A stretch of DNA of 53,687 nucleotides from NCBI GenBank assembly GCA_017507985.1, contig JAFVZV010000052.1, forward strand, positions 1 through 53,687, in the 5' to 3' direction. The position numbers and the translations under genes were made by a program. Below are positions 1 to 8,502 of this stretch, in pieces (positions within the stretch are counted from its first letter, which is position 1; every line of letters begins with the position of its first letter). The notes below the pieces were generated by a model that did not search any database, had not been told where the DNA came from, and was given only the letters and a program-made list of their open reading frames with translations. The DNA is from Clostridia bacterium. Lineage in GTDB: Bacteria > Bacillota > Clostridia > Oscillospirales > CAG-272.

Positions 1-107
1 CTCCCTCGCGGTAGTGTCCTGCCCGAAGTAGCAACCGCTGATTGTGCAGTCGGAAATCTCGCAAGTCCCTATGAGAGAGCCGTCGTGTATGTTGCACTCA
101 CGTATCA

Positions 108-151
108 CGGGATTTTAAGTCCCGGGCGTCTGCCTGTTCCGCCACGCCGGC
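108..151 (-). tRNA. tRNA-Leu(UAA)-like 5' half only (acceptor 5' strand, D-arm, complete anticodon arm). No variable arm, T-arm or 3' acceptor strand in the remaining 107 nt to the window edge.
   Basis: The minus strand reads GCCGGCG-TG-GCGGAACAGGCAGACGC-C-CGGGA-CTTAAAA-TCCCG. That gives a class II tRNA-Leu D-arm, a 5-bp anticodon stem and a 7-nt loop with anticodon UAA. No GGTTCGAnTCC-type T-loop and no CGCCGGC 3' strand follows. Confidence 0.5.
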
Positions 152-215
152 AAAGCTTCCCGTGGAATCCATCCGATGTACACGTCTCAACGAGTTCTCA
201 TCGGTTCGCTTGGAT

Positions 216-244
216 ATTATACCCTAAAAGCAGCTGATTGTCAA
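216..244 (-). promoter_or_regulatory. Consensus SigA-type promoter (TTGACA-17-TATAAT) firing toward the window start
   Basis: Reverse complement of 239-244 is TTGACA and of 216-221 is TATAAT, with exactly 17 nt between them. No ORF of 60 aa or more lies downstream on this strand (1-237). Confidence 0.7.
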
Positions 245-355
245 GCCTTTTTGGTAAAAAAGAAAAAATATTTTTTCGACACGCTGTTTCGACCTTCATC
301 GCGCAGGCAAAGATATCCGCGTACGGCACAACGGTCATACGCGGATATTACATGA

Positions 356-715
356 TTATTTACTTGAATTTTCCGCTTCGTTTTGTGTCTTTGGAAGATT
401 CTCCGACAAGCCCACAACACCGTCGACCGGCAGTGAGAAGGCAATGCCCTGCCCCGGCGTTTTCAGACCAACCGCACGATACAGCGCGTGCAAAATATCT
501 TCCTTGATTTCGCTCGGAACGAGAATCAGTACCATTTCCTTTTCCGGCTGAACGGTGACACCAAAGAATTTTTCAGCCTCTTGGTTTGCCGTTCCGCGAG
601 CATGGACAACGGTACCACCGCGCGCGCCAAATTCCTTGGCGGCATCCATGACGGCCTCGCTGAATCCGGCATTGACGATACAAACGATACACTCATGTGT
701 AAATTCCATGTTCAT
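356..715 (-). CDS. PII-like (nitrogen regulatory protein P-II family) small protein, copy 2
   Basis: 119-aa ORF. RBS GGAAAGGAGAGGA upstream. The ATG overlaps the upstream stop (ATGA). The size and alternating hydrophobic pattern (CIVCIVNAGFSE...GARGGTVVHARG) fit PII-like proteins that accompany DUF1538 genes. Confidence 0.7.
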   Translation of the reverse strand: MNMEFTHECIVCIVNAGFSEAVMDAAKEFGARGGTVVHARGTANQEAEKFFGVTVQPEKEMVLILVPSEIKEDILHALYRAVGLKTPGQGIAFSLPVDGVVGLSENLPKTQNEAENSSK

Positions 716-1149
716 TCCTCTCCTTTCCCACTGGTAGGCATACGGTTATTGGTCAAAAAACGGTAGATCGCCACGCCGACGACACTCTTGAGCGGAATGG
801 TATAGGCAATGCCCTTTCCTCCGCGCACCGTTTTGAATTTTTCGCCCAGCAGAGCCAGAGCCTCGCGGGCACGATCCTCGCGGACGAAGCTGAAAATAAC
901 CGATTTTTCCGAATCAGCAAGCCCCAGCAGCTGAAGCATATCTGTACTTGCCGTGCCATAGCCTGAGGTAGCAAGTTGTACGTTGACCTCCATGGACTGA
1001 AGGAGATCCATGTAAAATTCTGCTTTGTTACGGCTCACAATGGTAACCAGCAACTTAACACGTTGCGGTGCCTGCTGAGGTGCAGGACGTTTGCCGCGCA
1101 AACGGCCTCTATCCGATGCAACGTGCTTGGGTGTACCTTGATTTTGCAT
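712..1149 (-). CDS. PII-like small protein, copy 1, with a roughly 30-aa basic Pro/Arg-rich N-terminal extension
   Basis: 145-aa ORF with a strong RBS AAGGAGG 8 nt upstream of the ATG. Core LLVTIVSRNKAEFYMDLL...GKGIAYTIPL resembles the PII fold and is paralogous to the next gene. Confidence 0.7.
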   Translation of the reverse strand: MQNQGTPKHVASDRGRLRGKRPAPQQAPQRVKLLVTIVSRNKAEFYMDLLQSMEVNVQLATSGYGTASTDMLQLLGLADSEKSVIFSFVREDRAREALALLGEKFKTVRGGKGIAYTIPLKSVVGVAIYRFLTNNRMPTSGKGEE

Positions 1150-1163
1150 TGATGCTCCTCCTT

Positions 1164-2690
1164 TTACATGAAATCAATGATTTGCTCGTCTTCGGCATCC
1201 AAAATGCGGCGCATAACGATTTGCTCACGCACCTTGCGGGAAACAACCGCTCGGAAACCGAGCAGCTGGATGGTGATCAACGGCGTCATCGCAACCATAG
1301 CAACCACGCCAAAGGCACAGCTCATAATACTATCCACACCTTGAAGATCCGCGCAAATACCGATGGCAAAGGGCAAAATAAAGCTAGATGTCAAAGGACC
1401 GCTGGCAACACCGCCCGAGTCAAACGCAATGGCAGTGTAAATGCCGGGAACGAAAAATGACAATCCCAAGGAAATAAAATAACCGGGAATGAGATAATAC
1501 AGCACGCTGAAGTCCAGATAGATACGCAAAACAGACAATCCGATGGAAACACCGACACCGAGAGAAAGCGCGATCATCATGGATTTTTTGCTGACGGTGC
1601 CGTCGGTAATGGACTCGACCTGCTTGTTCAGAACGTGAACGGCAGGCTCGGCAAGAACGACGACCAAGCCCAGCAAAAATGCAAAGCCGATCAGCCAAGG
1701 AGAGGGCAATTTGGCAAGCATGGTGCCGAGCGTATAACCGATGGGCATGAAGCCGATGGTAACCGCCGACAGAAAAATGACCAATCCCACAAAGGTATAG
1801 AGAATACCGATGGCAATCTGAATCAGCTTTTTGCGAGGCAAATGCAAGAACGTCACCTGCAGGATCAAGAAGAAAATAACGATCAGCCCCAGTGCGATCG
1901 CGACCTCTTCAACGACAGACAAAACGGTCGGCAGCAGCGCGCCGCCCAGATGTGCGTCAATGGAATAATCGGGCAAGGTATAGCCAAGATCGCCACGGAC
2001 ACTTAAACCAAGTGCAGTAACGGCCAGGATCGGGCCGACCGAGCAAAGCGCGACAAGACCAAAGCTGTTCTCTCCCGAATCCTTACCGCCCAGCGTTGCC
2101 GCAATACCGACGCCAAGTGCCATAATAAAGGGCACGGTGATAGGGCCTGTCGTAACGCCGCCCGAGTCGAATGCCATAGGCAGTAATTCCTCGTTGCCCG
2201 TAACAATCAAAAGCGACGACAGAGCAAACAGCAGCATATAAAAGAACATAAGCAGTGAGGATAAGCTCTTGTGAAACACGATCTTCAGTACCGCCAACAG
2301 CAAAAACAATCCGACACCGACACCAACGGTCACGATAAGCAGCGTGCCGTTCATAACCTCGGCAACTTGAGAGGCCAGCACGGAGAGGTCGGGCTCGGCA
2401 ACCGTAATCAGCACGCCCATCGCAAAACAAACAGACAACAGCAACCACAGCTTGCGCGATTTGGCAAGTCCCGCACCTACGTGCTCGCCCATGGGTGTCA
2501 TAGCCAAATCAGCACCGAGGTTGAACAAGCCGATTCCCAGCACCAAAAACAATGCTGAAATCAGAAAAATAATCAGTTCCCTGTTTGACAATGCAATTAA
2601 GGGAGTCATATGTAGAATAACGACGATGAGCGTCACGGGCAAAACCGATATCATCGCCTCTTTGCATTTTGCAAATAAAACCTTAAGCAA
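1164..2690 (-). CDS. DUF1538 family polytopic membrane protein (two tandem DUF1538 repeats)
   Basis: 508-aa hydrophobic ORF. TTG start preceded by TAAGGAG 7 nt upstream. The motif AFDSGGV(T/A)(T/S)GP occurs once in each half (AFDSGGVTTGPITVPF and AFDSGGVASGPLTSSF). Confidence 0.8.
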   Translation of the reverse strand: MLKVLFAKCKEAMISVLPVTLIVVILHMTPLIALSNRELIIFLISALFLVLGIGLFNLGADLAMTPMGEHVGAGLAKSRKLWLLLSVCFAMGVLITVAEPDLSVLASQVAEVMNGTLLIVTVGVGVGLFLLLAVLKIVFHKSLSSLLMFFYMLLFALSSLLIVTGNEELLPMAFDSGGVTTGPITVPFIMALGVGIAATLGGKDSGENSFGLVALCSVGPILAVTALGLSVRGDLGYTLPDYSIDAHLGGALLPTVLSVVEEVAIALGLIVIFFLILQVTFLHLPRKKLIQIAIGILYTFVGLVIFLSAVTIGFMPIGYTLGTMLAKLPSPWLIGFAFLLGLVVVLAEPAVHVLNKQVESITDGTVSKKSMMIALSLGVGVSIGLSVLRIYLDFSVLYYLIPGYFISLGLSFFVPGIYTAIAFDSGGVASGPLTSSFILPFAIGICADLQGVDSIMSCAFGVVAMVAMTPLITIQLLGFRAVVSRKVREQIVMRRILDAEDEQIIDFM

Positions 2691-2701
2691 TTTCGATCTC
2701 C

Positions 2702-3448
2702 TTACGCGTCAAATTCATCCACGACGCGGTAAGGCAGGCAAGGTGCGCCATCGGGCACGGCCTTTGCGCCTTCAGTGGGCATAACGTAATAAACAGCATT
2801 GCGAATGATCTTTTGCACCCATTCGTTATAGTAGGAGGGGCATTCCTCATGACCGGGCTGGAAGTAGAAAATCTTACCGGCGCTACGCTTGAAGACCATG
2901 CCCGAGCGCATTACGAAGCCGTCCTCAAACCAAGAGGCAAACACAGTTTCGTCTGGTTCGCCAATGTAGAAGGGCTCTGCATACAGCTCCTCCTGCGCCA
3001 AGCAGAAGTGGTCGGGAATGCCGGCCGCGATGGGGTGGGTAGGATTGAGCGTCCAGACGATCTCCTTTTGGTTGCGTCCCCAAGATAAGTTGCCCGACGA
3101 GCCGATCACACCGCGGAACACCTTGGAGTGGTGCCCCGAGTGAAGCACGACCAGACCCATTTTACCCAAATATACTCTTTGCTTGATGGCCTCGACCAAC
3201 GCATCGTTGACCTCATGATGCGCCATGTGTCCCCACCAAAGAAGAACGTCGGTATCATTCAGTACGTCCGCAGGCAGGCCCTGATCGGGATCGTCCAGTG
3301 CGGCAAGGCGCACCTCAAGCGCGGTATCCTTCGACAAGGCCGCACCGATGACAGCATGCAAGCCGTCCGGATAAATGGCACGGATATGCGGCTCCGATTT
3401 CTCGTGACGAAACTCATTCCATATGGTAACTCTGATTTTCTTTTCCAT
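2702..3448 (-). CDS. ThuA-domain protein (trehalose-utilisation-like, class I glutamine amidotransferase-like fold)
   Basis: 248-aa ORF with RBS GGAGG 8 nt upstream. The N-terminus KIRVTIWNEFRHEK...IYPDGLH and LLWWGHMAHHEV are typical of ThuA family proteins. The gene ends 11 nt before the DUF1538 start. Confidence 0.75.
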   Translation of the reverse strand: MEKKIRVTIWNEFRHEKSEPHIRAIYPDGLHAVIGAALSKDTALEVRLAALDDPDQGLPADVLNDTDVLLWWGHMAHHEVNDALVEAIKQRVYLGKMGLVVLHSGHHSKVFRGVIGSSGNLSWGRNQKEIVWTLNPTHPIAAGIPDHFCLAQEELYAEPFYIGEPDETVFASWFEDGFVMRSGMVFKRSAGKIFYFQPGHEECPSYYNEWVQKIIRNAVYYVMPTEGAKAVPDGAPCLPYRVVDEFDA

Positions 3449-3491
3449 TGATGTATCCTCCTTGTGAGAAATATAAAATCTTCCTATTTAT

Positions 3492-3521
3492 ATTATACCT
3501 TAACACACCCTTGTCTGTCAA
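3492..3521 (-). promoter_or_regulatory. Putative SigA promoter for the thuA-like operon (TTGACA-18-TATAAT)
   Basis: Reverse complement of 3516-3521 is TTGACA and of 3492-3497 is TATAAT. Confidence 0.5.
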
Positions 3522-3598
3522 CCTTAAAACAAAGGTTTTTTTGTTAAAAAAATACCAAAACCCGAAAAGAAAAAACCTGCTCATTTATGGAAAAAGTC

Positions 3599-3627
3599 TT
3601 TACAATTTTGTCCGTTTATGCTATAAT
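3599..3627 (+). promoter_or_regulatory. Putative SigA promoter for the uxuA operon (TTTACA-17-TATAAT)
   Basis: TTTACA at 3599-3604 and TATAAT at 3622-3627, about 70 nt upstream of the uxuA ATG. Confidence 0.55.
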
Positions 3628-3698
3628 GAAGACAATGGGAAAGTATGGGCAAACGGTCGCCCATTTTCCAAAACGAATGAAGATAAGGAGAAATTCTC

Positions 3699-4742
3699 AT
3701 GAAAATGACATTCCGTCATTACGGCCCCGGTGATCCCGTAACGCTGGAACAAATCTCGCAGATTCCTGTGGTTCGCTCTATCGTTTCCGCCGTTTACGAC
3801 GTCCCCGCTGGCGGCGTCTGGAGCCACGAAAGCATCGACGCGGTCAAATCCGCCGCTGCTGCACACAACCTCGCATTTGAGGTCGTTGAGAGCGTCCCCG
3901 TTCCCGAAGAGATCAAGCTGGGTGCGCCCGAGGCTGCCAGGCTGATCGACAACTATTGTGAAAACGTCCGCCGTCTGGGCGCGGCAGGTGTCAAGTGTAT
4001 TTGCTACAACTTCATGCCTGTATTCGACTGGCTGCGCAGCGAGATGGAGCACGTCTCTCCCGACGGCTCTAACTCTTTGGCATACGATGAACAGACCGTT
4101 CTTGCCATGAACCCGCTGACGGGTGAGCTTTCCCTGCCCGGTTGGGACGAAAGCTATACCAAGGATCAGCTCCGCGGTTTGCTTGCCCGCTACGAAAGCA
4201 TTGGCGAGGAACAGCTGTGGAAGAACCTGCAGACCTTCCTTGAGGCCGTCATTCCCGTCGCACATGAGGCAGGCATCAACATGGCCATTCACCCGGACGA
4301 TCCGCCTTGGGGCATCTTCGGTCTTCCCCGCATCATCACCTGTGAGAAGAACCTTGACCGTTTTCTCTCTTTGGTGGACATGCCCGAAAACGGCCTGACC
4401 TTCTGCACGGGTTCTCTTGGCGCAAATCCCGATAATGATCTTGTCAAAATGGCCGAAAAATATGCCGGCCGCATTCATTTTGCTCACGTCCGCAATATTC
4501 TGCACACGGGTGAGCGCAAGTTCCACGAAGTCGCACATCCCACCGACTGCGGCTCGCTGGATATCTACGGCATCGTCAAAGCGCTGTATAAGGGCGGCTT
4601 TGATGGCTATATGCGCCCCGACCACGGCAGAATGATCTGGGGTGAGAGAGGCAGATATGGCTATGGCCTTTACGATCGCGCATTGGGTGCGATGTATCTG
4701 TCCGGTCTTTGGGAAGCCATTGACAAAGAAAACAAGGCGTAA
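3699..4742 (+). CDS. uxuA: Mannonate dehydratase
   Basis: 347-aa ORF with RBS AAGGAG. The sequence MKMTFRHYGPGDPVTLEQISQIP...YNFMPVFDWLR...HFAHVRN matches my recollection of UxuA. Confidence 0.9.
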   Translation: MKMTFRHYGPGDPVTLEQISQIPVVRSIVSAVYDVPAGGVWSHESIDAVKSAAAAHNLAFEVVESVPVPEEIKLGAPEAARLIDNYCENVRRLGAAGVKCICYNFMPVFDWLRSEMEHVSPDGSNSLAYDEQTVLAMNPLTGELSLPGWDESYTKDQLRGLLARYESIGEEQLWKNLQTFLEAVIPVAHEAGINMAIHPDDPPWGIFGLPRIITCEKNLDRFLSLVDMPENGLTFCTGSLGANPDNDLVKMAEKYAGRIHFAHVRNILHTGERKFHEVAHPTDCGSLDIYGIVKALYKGGFDGYMRPDHGRMIWGERGRYGYGLYDRALGAMYLSGLWEAIDKENKA

Positions 4743-4766
4743 TTGCCGGTAAAGGAAGGTATAACT

Positions 4767-5591
4767 ATGAATAACGTTTGTGTTGTCACCGGTGCAGGCG
4801 GTGTGCTTTGTGCCGCATTTGCAAAAGAAATGGCAAAAAAGGGCTACGCTGTGGCTCTGCTTGATATCAACGAGACGGCCGCTGCTGCTGTTGCCGACGA
4901 GATCGTCGCCGAGGGCGGCGTTGCCAAGGCCTATAAGACCAACGTACTGGACCGCGAGATACTGGAAAACGTTCACGCACAGATCCTTGCCGATCTTGGC
5001 AAGTGCCAGATCCTCATCAACGGCGCGGGCGGCAACAACCCCCGTGCAACCACCACACACGAGTACTACGAGGAGGGTGACATCGATCGCGATGACATCA
5101 CCACCTTCTTCAACCTTGACAAGGGCGGCTTTGATTTCGTTTTCGACCTGAACATCAAGGGCGTTTTGCTCCCCACCCAGGTATTCGCACGCGATATGAT
5201 CGGCGGCGAAGGCTGTTCTATTTTGAACATCTCTTCCATGAACGCTTACACGCCCTTGACCAAGATCCCCGCCTACAGCTCGGCTAAGGCAGGTGTTTCC
5301 AACTTTACTCAGTGGCTGGCCGTTCACTTTGCAGGCGCAGGCATCCGCGTCAACGCCATCGCTCCCGGCTTCTTTGCCACCAATCAGAACAGAGCCCTGC
5401 TGTTCAACGAGGACGGCACGCCCACTGCACGCACGGGTAAGATCCTGGCCGCTACGCCCATGAAGCGCTTCGGCGAGGCAGACGAGCTGCTGGGTGCTCT
5501 GGACTTTTTGACTGATCCTGCAAAGTCGGGCTTCGTCACGGGTGTTATCCTGCCCGTTGACGGCGGCTTCTCCGCTTACTCGGGTGTATAA
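4767..5591 (+). CDS. SDR family oxidoreductase, likely D-mannonate/fructuronate oxidoreductase type
   Basis: ATG at 4767 behind AAGGAAGG; the ORF-track start at 4743 is a TTG extension. Rossmann motif VVTGAGGVLC and catalytic YSSAK. Sits immediately after uxuA. Confidence 0.8.
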   Translation: MNNVCVVTGAGGVLCAAFAKEMAKKGYAVALLDINETAAAAVADEIVAEGGVAKAYKTNVLDREILENVHAQILADLGKCQILINGAGGNNPRATTTHEYYEEGDIDRDDITTFFNLDKGGFDFVFDLNIKGVLLPTQVFARDMIGGEGCSILNISSMNAYTPLTKIPAYSSAKAGVSNFTQWLAVHFAGAGIRVNAIAPGFFATNQNRALLFNEDGTPTARTGKILAATPMKRFGEADELLGALDFLTDPAKSGFVTGVILPVDGGFSAYSGV

Positions 5592-5604
5592 CGGAGGCAA
5601 TTTT

Positions 5605-6453
5605 ATGAATCAGTTACTCAAGCTCTGCGCCTTTGCCGACGAGGCTGATCCGAGGCTCGACGCGCAGATCGATATGATGCTCTCCAACGGCATTCCGTAT
5701 CTCGAAATGCGCGGTGTGGACGGCAAGAACGTAGCGGATCTGACCGACGACGAACTCCAGAGCGCTGTGGATCGCCTGAATGCGGCAGGACTCAAGGTCT
5801 GGTCGCTCGGCTCTCCCGCGGGCAAAACCAAGATTACGGATGATTTTTCCTTTGAGGAGAAACGCTTTGAGCGCCTGCTCCACATTGCCGATGTGACGGG
5901 AGCCAAGTGCATCCGTCTGTTCAGCTTTTACGGAACGGACGGCTCTGACGAGTATTTCGATGAGGTCTGTGCACGATTGTCCCGCTTCATCGAAATGGCC
6001 AAGGGACACGATGTCATTTTGTGCCACGAAAACGAAAAGGGCATCTACGGTGACACGGCCGAGCGCTGTGTCAAGCTGCTGAAGGCTCTGCCCGAACTCA
6101 AGGCCGTCTACGACCCTGCCAACTTCCTGCAGTGCGGTGAGGACACCTTGAAGGCCTGGGACGCACTTGCTCCCTATGTCTACTATATGCACATCAAGGA
6201 TTGTGCATCCGACGGTCGGATCGTCCCCCCGGGTGAGGGCGTGGGACAGATTCCTACCCTGCTCTCCCGCTACGCCAAGGCTGGCGGCGGCATTTTGACG
6301 CTGGAGCCCCATCTAGCCGAGTTTGTCGGTCTGTCCGATCTTGAGGAAGAGGGCGACAAGAGTGCCGTGGGCGGTTGCAAATTTGCCTCGGGGCGCGAAG
6401 CCTTTGACTACGCTACCAATTCCATTAAGAATATCATTGCCAATTTGGCATAA
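5605..6453 (+). CDS. Xylose isomerase-like TIM-barrel protein (sugar phosphate isomerase/epimerase family)
   Basis: ATG at 5605 behind GGAGG (5593-5597). The LEMRG...IRLFSF...CHENE...YMHIKD...LTLEPH pattern is typical of the AP_endonuc_2 fold. Confidence 0.8.
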   Translation: MNQLLKLCAFADEADPRLDAQIDMMLSNGIPYLEMRGVDGKNVADLTDDELQSAVDRLNAAGLKVWSLGSPAGKTKITDDFSFEEKRFERLLHIADVTGAKCIRLFSFYGTDGSDEYFDEVCARLSRFIEMAKGHDVILCHENEKGIYGDTAERCVKLLKALPELKAVYDPANFLQCGEDTLKAWDALAPYVYYMHIKDCASDGRIVPPGEGVGQIPTLLSRYAKAGGGILTLEPHLAEFVGLSDLEEEGDKSAVGGCKFASGREAFDYATNSIKNIIANLA

Positions 6454-6467
6454 GGAGGATACCTATT

Positions 6468-7238
6468 ATGATTATCGGTGCACAACTCTTTACTCTGCGC
6501 GATTTTTGCAAGACCACGCAGGATCTGGACGAAACCTTAAAGAAGGTTGCTGACATGGGCATCAAGACTGTTCAGCTTTCGGGCGTCTGCGCTTACGATT
6601 CCACGTGGATGGCAGAACGACTCAAGGAGTACGGCTTGACGGCTGACATCACCCACTTTGACATCAACCGCATCGCGGGCGATCCCGAGGGAACACTCAA
6701 GTTTCACCAGGCCATGAACTGCCCCTACATCGGCATTGGCTGTATGCCTGCCGACTATATGCGCCCCTTCACCGTCGAAAAGCTGAACGCTTTCTTTGAT
6801 CGCGTTCGCCCTGCCGCTAAGTATTTTGCCGAGAATGGCAGTAAGTTTATGTATCACACCCATCACTTCGAGTTTGCTATGGTAGACGGCAAAAACGTAC
6901 TGACGCGCATGCTCGATGAATTCCCTGCCAACGAGTACGGCATCACCTTCGACGTTTGGTGGGCTCAATACACGGGCGAAAATCCTGTCAAGTGGTTGTA
7001 CGCGCTGGAAGGCCGTACCGATTGTGTTCACTTCAAGGACATGTCCCACAACGCCAATGGCGACATCATCATGGTTCCCAACGGCGACGGCATCATGGAT
7101 TACGACGCGATCATCAAGGCTTGCGTTGACACGGGCGTCAAATACGGCTACATTGAGCAGGACAACTGCAACGGCGAAGATCCCTTTGCTTGCATGAAGC
7201 GCAGCTATGACTTCTTCCGCTCCCGCGGCTTGAGCTAA
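6468..7238 (+). CDS. Xylose isomerase-like TIM-barrel protein, second paralogue
   Basis: 256-aa ORF with RBS AGGAGG. MIIGAQLFTLRD...TVQLSG...YHTHHFEF...VHFKD...IEQD pattern. Confidence 0.8.
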   Translation: MIIGAQLFTLRDFCKTTQDLDETLKKVADMGIKTVQLSGVCAYDSTWMAERLKEYGLTADITHFDINRIAGDPEGTLKFHQAMNCPYIGIGCMPADYMRPFTVEKLNAFFDRVRPAAKYFAENGSKFMYHTHHFEFAMVDGKNVLTRMLDEFPANEYGITFDVWWAQYTGENPVKWLYALEGRTDCVHFKDMSHNANGDIIMVPNGDGIMDYDAIIKACVDTGVKYGYIEQDNCNGEDPFACMKRSYDFFRSRGLS

Positions 7239-7272
7239 TTTTAAATTCTACCAATTGAAAGGATACATAATC

Positions 7273-8472
7273 ATGGAAAAAGTAAGACTTGGTATTATCG
7301 GTGTCGGTAACATGGGCTCCGGACACCTCTCCAATATTCTCGCTCGTAAGTGCCCCGAGATCGAGGTCACGGCCGTTGCCGATATTGACACCGCTCGTTT
7401 GGATCACGCCTGCAACATGGTTGAAAAGGCACGTGCTGAGCATCCCGAGATCCCCGAGATCGCAACCTTCACCGACGCGATGGAGATGATCTCCTCGGGT
7501 CAGGTTGACGCCATTATCGTCGCCGTTCCTCATTACGATCACCCCCGTTACTGCATCGCAGGTCTGCAGGCAGGCCTGCACGTCATGAGTGAAAAGCCCG
7601 CCGGCGTTTACGCTGAGCAGGTTCGCGAGCTGATGGAAGAGGCTGACAAGCATCCCGACCTCATCTATGCTCTGATGTTTAACCAAAGAACCAATCCTCT
7701 GTATCGTAAGATGCGTGACATGATTCAGAGCGGTGAGCTCGGTCAGATCCGTCGTTCCACCTGGATAGTCACGGGCTGGTACCGTCCCCAGGCTTACTAC
7801 GATTCGGGCGCATGGCGCGCAACCTGGTCAGGTGAGGGCGGCGGCGTTCTGCTCAATCAGTGCCCCCACAACCTGGATTTGTGGCAGTGGATCTGCGGTA
7901 TGCCCAGCAAGGTCGATGCCAAGTTGCACTTTGGTAAGTGGCATGACATCGAGGTTGAGGACGACGTAACCGCATACGTGGAATATCCCAACGGAGCTAC
8001 CGGTATGTTCATCACCTCCACGGGCGATGCCCCCGGCTCCAACCGTCTGGAGGTCGTTTGCGATGGCGGTATGCTCATTTGCGACGGCGGCTCGCTGACG
8101 TTGCGCAAGCTCGAGATCCCCGAGCCTGAATTCTCCCGTACCAACAAGGTTCCCTTCGGTCAGCCCAAGTGCGAGACCATCAAGGTCGATTGTACCGGCT
8201 GTGGCGACAATTCCCAGCACGTTGGCGTGCTCAACGCATTCGCAGGCGCGATCCTGCGCGGCGAGCCCCTGATTGCCGACGGTCGCGAGGGTGTCAACGG
8301 TCTGACCATCTCCAACGCGATGCATCTGTCTGCTTGGCTGGGCCGCCCCGTCGACATTCCCATGGACGACGCTCTGTTCAAGTCCGAGCTGATGAAGAGA
8401 GTCAAGACCTCCCGTCGCAAGGAAAATGTTTCTGCCGGTCTGGCCGATACGGAAGGCACCTACAACGCGTAA
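7273..8472 (+). CDS. Gfo/Idh/MocA family NAD(P)-dependent oxidoreductase
   Basis: ATG at 7273. N-terminal Rossmann motif RLGIIGVGNMG. The EKP motif (MSEKPAG) and overall length are typical of the family. Confidence 0.85.
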   Translation: MEKVRLGIIGVGNMGSGHLSNILARKCPEIEVTAVADIDTARLDHACNMVEKARAEHPEIPEIATFTDAMEMISSGQVDAIIVAVPHYDHPRYCIAGLQAGLHVMSEKPAGVYAEQVRELMEEADKHPDLIYALMFNQRTNPLYRKMRDMIQSGELGQIRRSTWIVTGWYRPQAYYDSGAWRATWSGEGGGVLLNQCPHNLDLWQWICGMPSKVDAKLHFGKWHDIEVEDDVTAYVEYPNGATGMFITSTGDAPGSNRLEVVCDGGMLICDGGSLTLRKLEIPEPEFSRTNKVPFGQPKCETIKVDCTGCGDNSQHVGVLNAFAGAILRGEPLIADGREGVNGLTISNAMHLSAWLGRPVDIPMDDALFKSELMKRVKTSRRKENVSAGLADTEGTYNA

Positions 8473-8502
8473 CCATTGAATTTGAGCAGGAGAATGACTT
8501 GC

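Noticed and set aside
108-124. Classical trnL(UAA) group I intron in the anticodon loop
   Set aside because: The 7-nt loop CTTAAAA and both 5-bp stem strands are contiguous, so nothing is inserted between U34 and A35. Any intervening sequence would have to lie after position 43.
3621-5600. 659-aa ORF on the minus strand spanning uxuA and the SDR gene
   Set aside because: It is antisense to two genes with clear family motifs and RBSs. Its translation is low-complexity (A/G/V/R/D-rich) with no RBS or recognisable motif, as expected for stop-poor antisense frames in GC-biased coding DNA.
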